This document shows positions 61,301-64,000 of a stretch of 64,000 bases of DNA, in pieces; position 1 is the first letter of the stretch; each line of letters opens with the position of its first letter. The DNA lies in contig NMRA01000037.1 in assembly GCA_002633005.1 (NCBI GenBank), forward strand, positions 186,001-250,000, written 5' to 3'. The stretch comes from Phoronis australis (Eukaryota > Animalia > Phoronida). The notes below the pieces were generated by a model. That model was given only the letters and a program-made list of their open reading frames with translations. It did not search any database and was not told the origin of the DNA. Both the position numbers and the translations under genes were made by a program.

Positions 61301-62884
61301 TTATTTAGTGGAGAAAACTGGTTCTCAAAATGCGGGCACGTTATTTCAGACTAATACCGAGTACCAGTGTAAAAAATGAGTTGGACAGGCTTGATTTCCT
61401 CTAAAATCAGTTTTAGATATCTAGAATTTTGTTATTGGCGTTTTAAAATTTGTAGGTAAACAAGCTGTTGGGATTTTGGTAGTGGCATTTTTCATAACAC
61501 AAAAACGGGTAGTGCAATGATAAACTCGGAGAAAATTTGGAACTATTTAAACATGTCTGCAACTGTCAAGTGATCCGTGATCAATTGTTTATATCCTGTT
61601 TCTAAAATATTCAAATACCATAAGAGTAACCCATTCCGGGAATTATGTTTGTTTTCCAGTAAATCGTGGTCATGACCTCCACTTCTGTTTTTGGTTCTGT
61701 TTTGAAAAACTATTATTGGTGTTTTTAGAGAAAAAAATAGTGTTTTCATCAAATTTTAGTACTTCAGCAAGTGTTTTTAGAAGCTTTGATGTCTCGAGAT
61801 CTTTTTACAACTGGGCAAATAACTTTATTTTGATGTGGAGATGTAAACAGGACTTTTTTGACTCACCTTCACATCAATTGTTGGTCTCATCTCACAATTT
61901 GACAATATTTAGGTACAGAGAACATGATGTGAATTATCACTACTGCCCTTCAGTACTAAGGGTTGTGTGCTGTGGCCAATAGGTGGCGTGCAGACCAGAC
62001 TTAACAATGTTTGCAAATGATCACCAGTGTTGTTCACATTACAGGCTGAAGGCAGCCATTATGGCCATGAAACCATACGAGCCGACATTTTGTAAAGACA
62101 GAATTGAGCGGGTACGTATTGAGAATCTAGCACCGAGTTTGAAAATGCCACTTTATGCAATGTTGGTGCAAGTATTTTTGTTGTTTGTGTGGAGTCCAGG
62201 GATGAGATTTTATGATTTTTTTACTTTCATTTTGGTGTTTACTGGCAGCTTGTCTATTCTGATCATGCTTGGAATTTAGATACCCAAACAAAAATCTTTT
62301 CCATGCCATTTGTATTGATTTTAACTGCACTTTGTCCTTTGCACGGCTCAGTCATGTCTCAATCATGCATTTCTAGGCCTGAAGGAATGTCTGTACTTGT
62401 TTTGAATTTGAACATAGCGTAGTGTCTGGCAAGTTACAAATGCAGATCACCTTTACATAACCGGTGATAGTAATTTTATGTTGTGTGCGCATACAGATTG
62501 TCACATTTACTCGAAAATCCATTTTCTTGCACCATTTGCCGAAGAAACCTACAAAGTTAGCACCAAAATGCAGTGTGCTTTCAGCTTTTAACATGCGCGT
62601 TGGCTATTTTTTGTAGATGTTGCACATTTGTCCGAATATCTTAATACTAAACATGTTGTCATTTTTGTTGTAAATGGTTTGAAAAATCTTTACGATTATT
62701 GCAGGAATATATAACCGATGTTCTCACTGGCTGTCCGACAATAGCTGATCTGGGAGTAGACAAATTGACCAGCATTATAGACAGAGCTGCGTACGAGATT
62801 CGGCCTTACAGGAGATACAACTACTACGAAGCCGACGTTGGTGAATTCCCCACCCCGTCACCACCGCCCCTAGCCCAGGGCTAA
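52344..62884 (+). CDS. NDUFA9: NADH dehydrogenase [ubiquinone] 1 alpha subcomplex subunit 9, 385 aa
   Basis: Exons 52344-52383, 53176-53343, 54196-54293, 57174-57265, 57952-58114, 59074-59182, 59473-59540, 60421-60497, 60835-60930, 62045-62111, 62705-62884 total 1158 nt in frame. Motifs [53 protein letters not shown]. Confidence 0.96.
53888..54135. mobile_element. Harbinger-like MITE in NDUFA9 intron 2
   Basis: TIRs GGGCCCGTTCCAA / TTGGAACGGGCAC; TSD CTG at 53885-53887 and 54136-54138. Confidence 0.8.
54543..56908 (+). mobile_element. 5'-truncated Tx1/L1-clade LINE in NDUFA9 intron 3
   Basis: 17-bp TSD AAAGTTGCTAACAAAAA at 54526-54542 and 56909-56925. AATAAA at 56886 followed by a short A tail. 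Confidence 0.93.
54549..56780 (+). CDS. LINE ORF2 fragment: reverse transcriptase + zf-RVT (endonuclease missing)
   Basis: [55 protein letters not shown]; 743 uninterrupted codons. Confidence 0.93.
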   Translation: MITIIPKGKKPREFLSNWRPISLLNTSYKVLSGCVAHRIKSVITKIIHENQKGFIKGRFIGENIRTIYDILNCSEEYDIPGLIVQIDFEKAFDSISWKMIYKTLSFFNFGKNLIDWVRFLNSNATLCVIQHGITSEYFKIGRGCKQGDPVSPYLFIICVEIMAIMFRENKNIKGIGIPDVNDLKLLQYADDTVLFLDGTTESLKYSLDLLDQFHKFSGLRPNVEKTHCIWIGRMRGSELRLCPELNLSWQKQKFSILGVTFSTNLSEIPDLNYNVKIQEIYRDLTCWSRRSLTTLGKITVVKSFVLPKLTHLLLSLPSPSDKVVDSLEKHFFKFIWQNKNDRIARNIMIQDFSNGGCKMVHLKSYIKSLKFTWFVRLVMANQSSWKLIVMKNRFLAGKNLLHVGAKFYSQCPGIFKNVFWKEVFLVVGEVLSSISDYHIKEEFYYEPLWYNEHILIDKKSVFYNDWYKRGIVFIHDLLNHNGYFMSYQCFCERYRFSPSFTSFWGIRSAIRQTIRHSQIRPCSEIEITLPFCTTFNSILISRQKVNKQIYTHLIQKLYKKPKFEENWEKQLNTVIPREWWRKAYSYSINFSCDIQLKWFQIRLTHRLLGTNKFLSKIGVRNSDSCTFCNSHSEDLFHLYWSCLRVQSFWKTVENWIKNFCGIDMKLDHFYVIFGSFNGPKIINLLLCLGKYHIHKQRLQNVEPCFALFKHSVFDYYKVEKVMYYNQCRYLDFEERWAPLAPLF
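58589..58825. mobile_element. Degenerate Harbinger-like MITE
   Basis: Imperfect TIRs GGCCTTTTTCTCTCATAAAACCGTTCTCGTAATA / TATTATGAGACTAATTTTATCAGAACAAAAGGC; TTA/TAA flanks. Confidence 0.5.
59169..59286. repeat. 27-bp minisatellite spanning the NDUFA9 exon 6 donor
   Basis: About 4.3 units of TACATCAGTTTATTTAGGTTTGGGCTC; the first unit is the exon end plus donor. Confidence 0.9.
60880..61260. repeat. ~57-bp degenerate minisatellite spanning the NDUFA9 exon 9 donor
   Basis: About 6-7 units of GTGGGAGGGGCTTGAGAT(CAC)CAACATTTxxCCTGGCTTCTGGTGAG..; the first unit is the exon end plus donor. Confidence 0.8.
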
Positions 62885-64000
62885 TCAAGGACATTTGTTT
62901 AGAAACTGAGATGAGCTTTGCGTGAGCTATGGATAATAGACTGTGTTAATTTAAAGTGTACCACGGGGAGCTTTGCTGTGAATTTGCAAATCTAGTGTAG
63001 GTTTTCAATTCACATTTATTTACAGTGTGTACAAATATTACAGCTATATACATTGTGACACTGGAATGACTGGAAGTAGGATTGAATTAAACTTGTTTGT
63101 TGACAAAAATTTGGTATTATCATCACATTCAGCTATGATCAATAGCAGACGTTAATTACAGTATAGATTGAGTGAAAAATTAGAGTGATTGGACCAGCTT
63201 GAAACGCTGTATGTCCAGAAAAGGGTGAAAAGTCCTTGACAAGAAACATCTCATAACTTCGTTCATCAAATGTTCTCAGTTGTTGCAAAATTACTGCAGA
63301 ATTTTCAGATTCGAAAAAATAAGATGTGCTAATACAATGAACGATTGAAACCATAGTTACCGGGTATATAAAATTTTAAGAGTAAACAAATAAGCGCGTG
63401 GCTTGCAGCATAGTCAACACAGCGTTGAAGAAATGGTAGTTTGAGTCGCGGACTTGAGCCATGCCCTTGAGTGACATAATCTCCTCGGCCATGTGATACA
63501 TATCCGCGTGAAACTGAAACGAACACAAAAAGCATACACAACTTTGATTTTCATCTTCATGTAAAGATTACGTTAATTCTAAAAATATGAAAAATAGAGC
63601 TAAAGCATTTTCGTGGGGGCAAAAAAATTGCAGGTAGCCTGGCATGTGTACCAGAGGTGCACAGGGCACTCAGACGTGCCCATTGCACTGATCGCTGTTT
63701 ATTACTGTATAGTTAAAATTGAGAAGAGGACCTAGAGACCTGGTACTGCCCTGTTGTTAGAAATAGCGGGACAGATATAATTAGAAAGTTGTTTAATGAC
63801 ATTAGTACTCAACTTTGTTTCAAAATTTGACTACTGGTAATACAGATGTTGCGAGCAACAAATTGTTTGAATGCTCAAAAGTACATGGGCTGAATCTAAA
63901 ATAACCAAAATTGAGAACTACATTTTGTTTTATTATAAATATAACATTGTATTCCATATTCCAAAACCTGACGAAATTATTCTATGAATTATAGAAGTAA

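Overview
AT-rich, intron-containing eukaryotic DNA from an invertebrate animal (a lophotrochozoan-type genome is a guess) in a draft assembly. N gaps lie at 26282-26295 and 32743-33398, with single-N joins at 626, 7720 and 49594. Genes spliced by hand, left to right: an Ig-domain FAM187A-like gene (minus strand, with three microexons); two tandem lineage-specific paralogs; a TXNDC9/phosducin-like 3 gene (with a GC-AG intron); an ADF/cofilin gene; a frameshifted 3-exon globin; and TXNL4A (DIM1) head-to-head with an 11-exon NDUFA9. Mobile DNA includes a young 5'-truncated Tx1/L1-type LINE with a 17-bp target-site duplication (TSD), an RTE fragment and many MITEs. The best candidate for an undescribed system is the tandem pair at 12454-20916. 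Both proteins read as winged-helix + Swt1-like HEPN + long repeat-rich disordered tail. The downstream copy keeps a canonical Rx4H motif (RHKLAH); the upstream copy has lost it (FEMGIH). This suggests an active RNase / pseudo-RNase pair. All domain calls are by eye and need HMM or structure confirmation.
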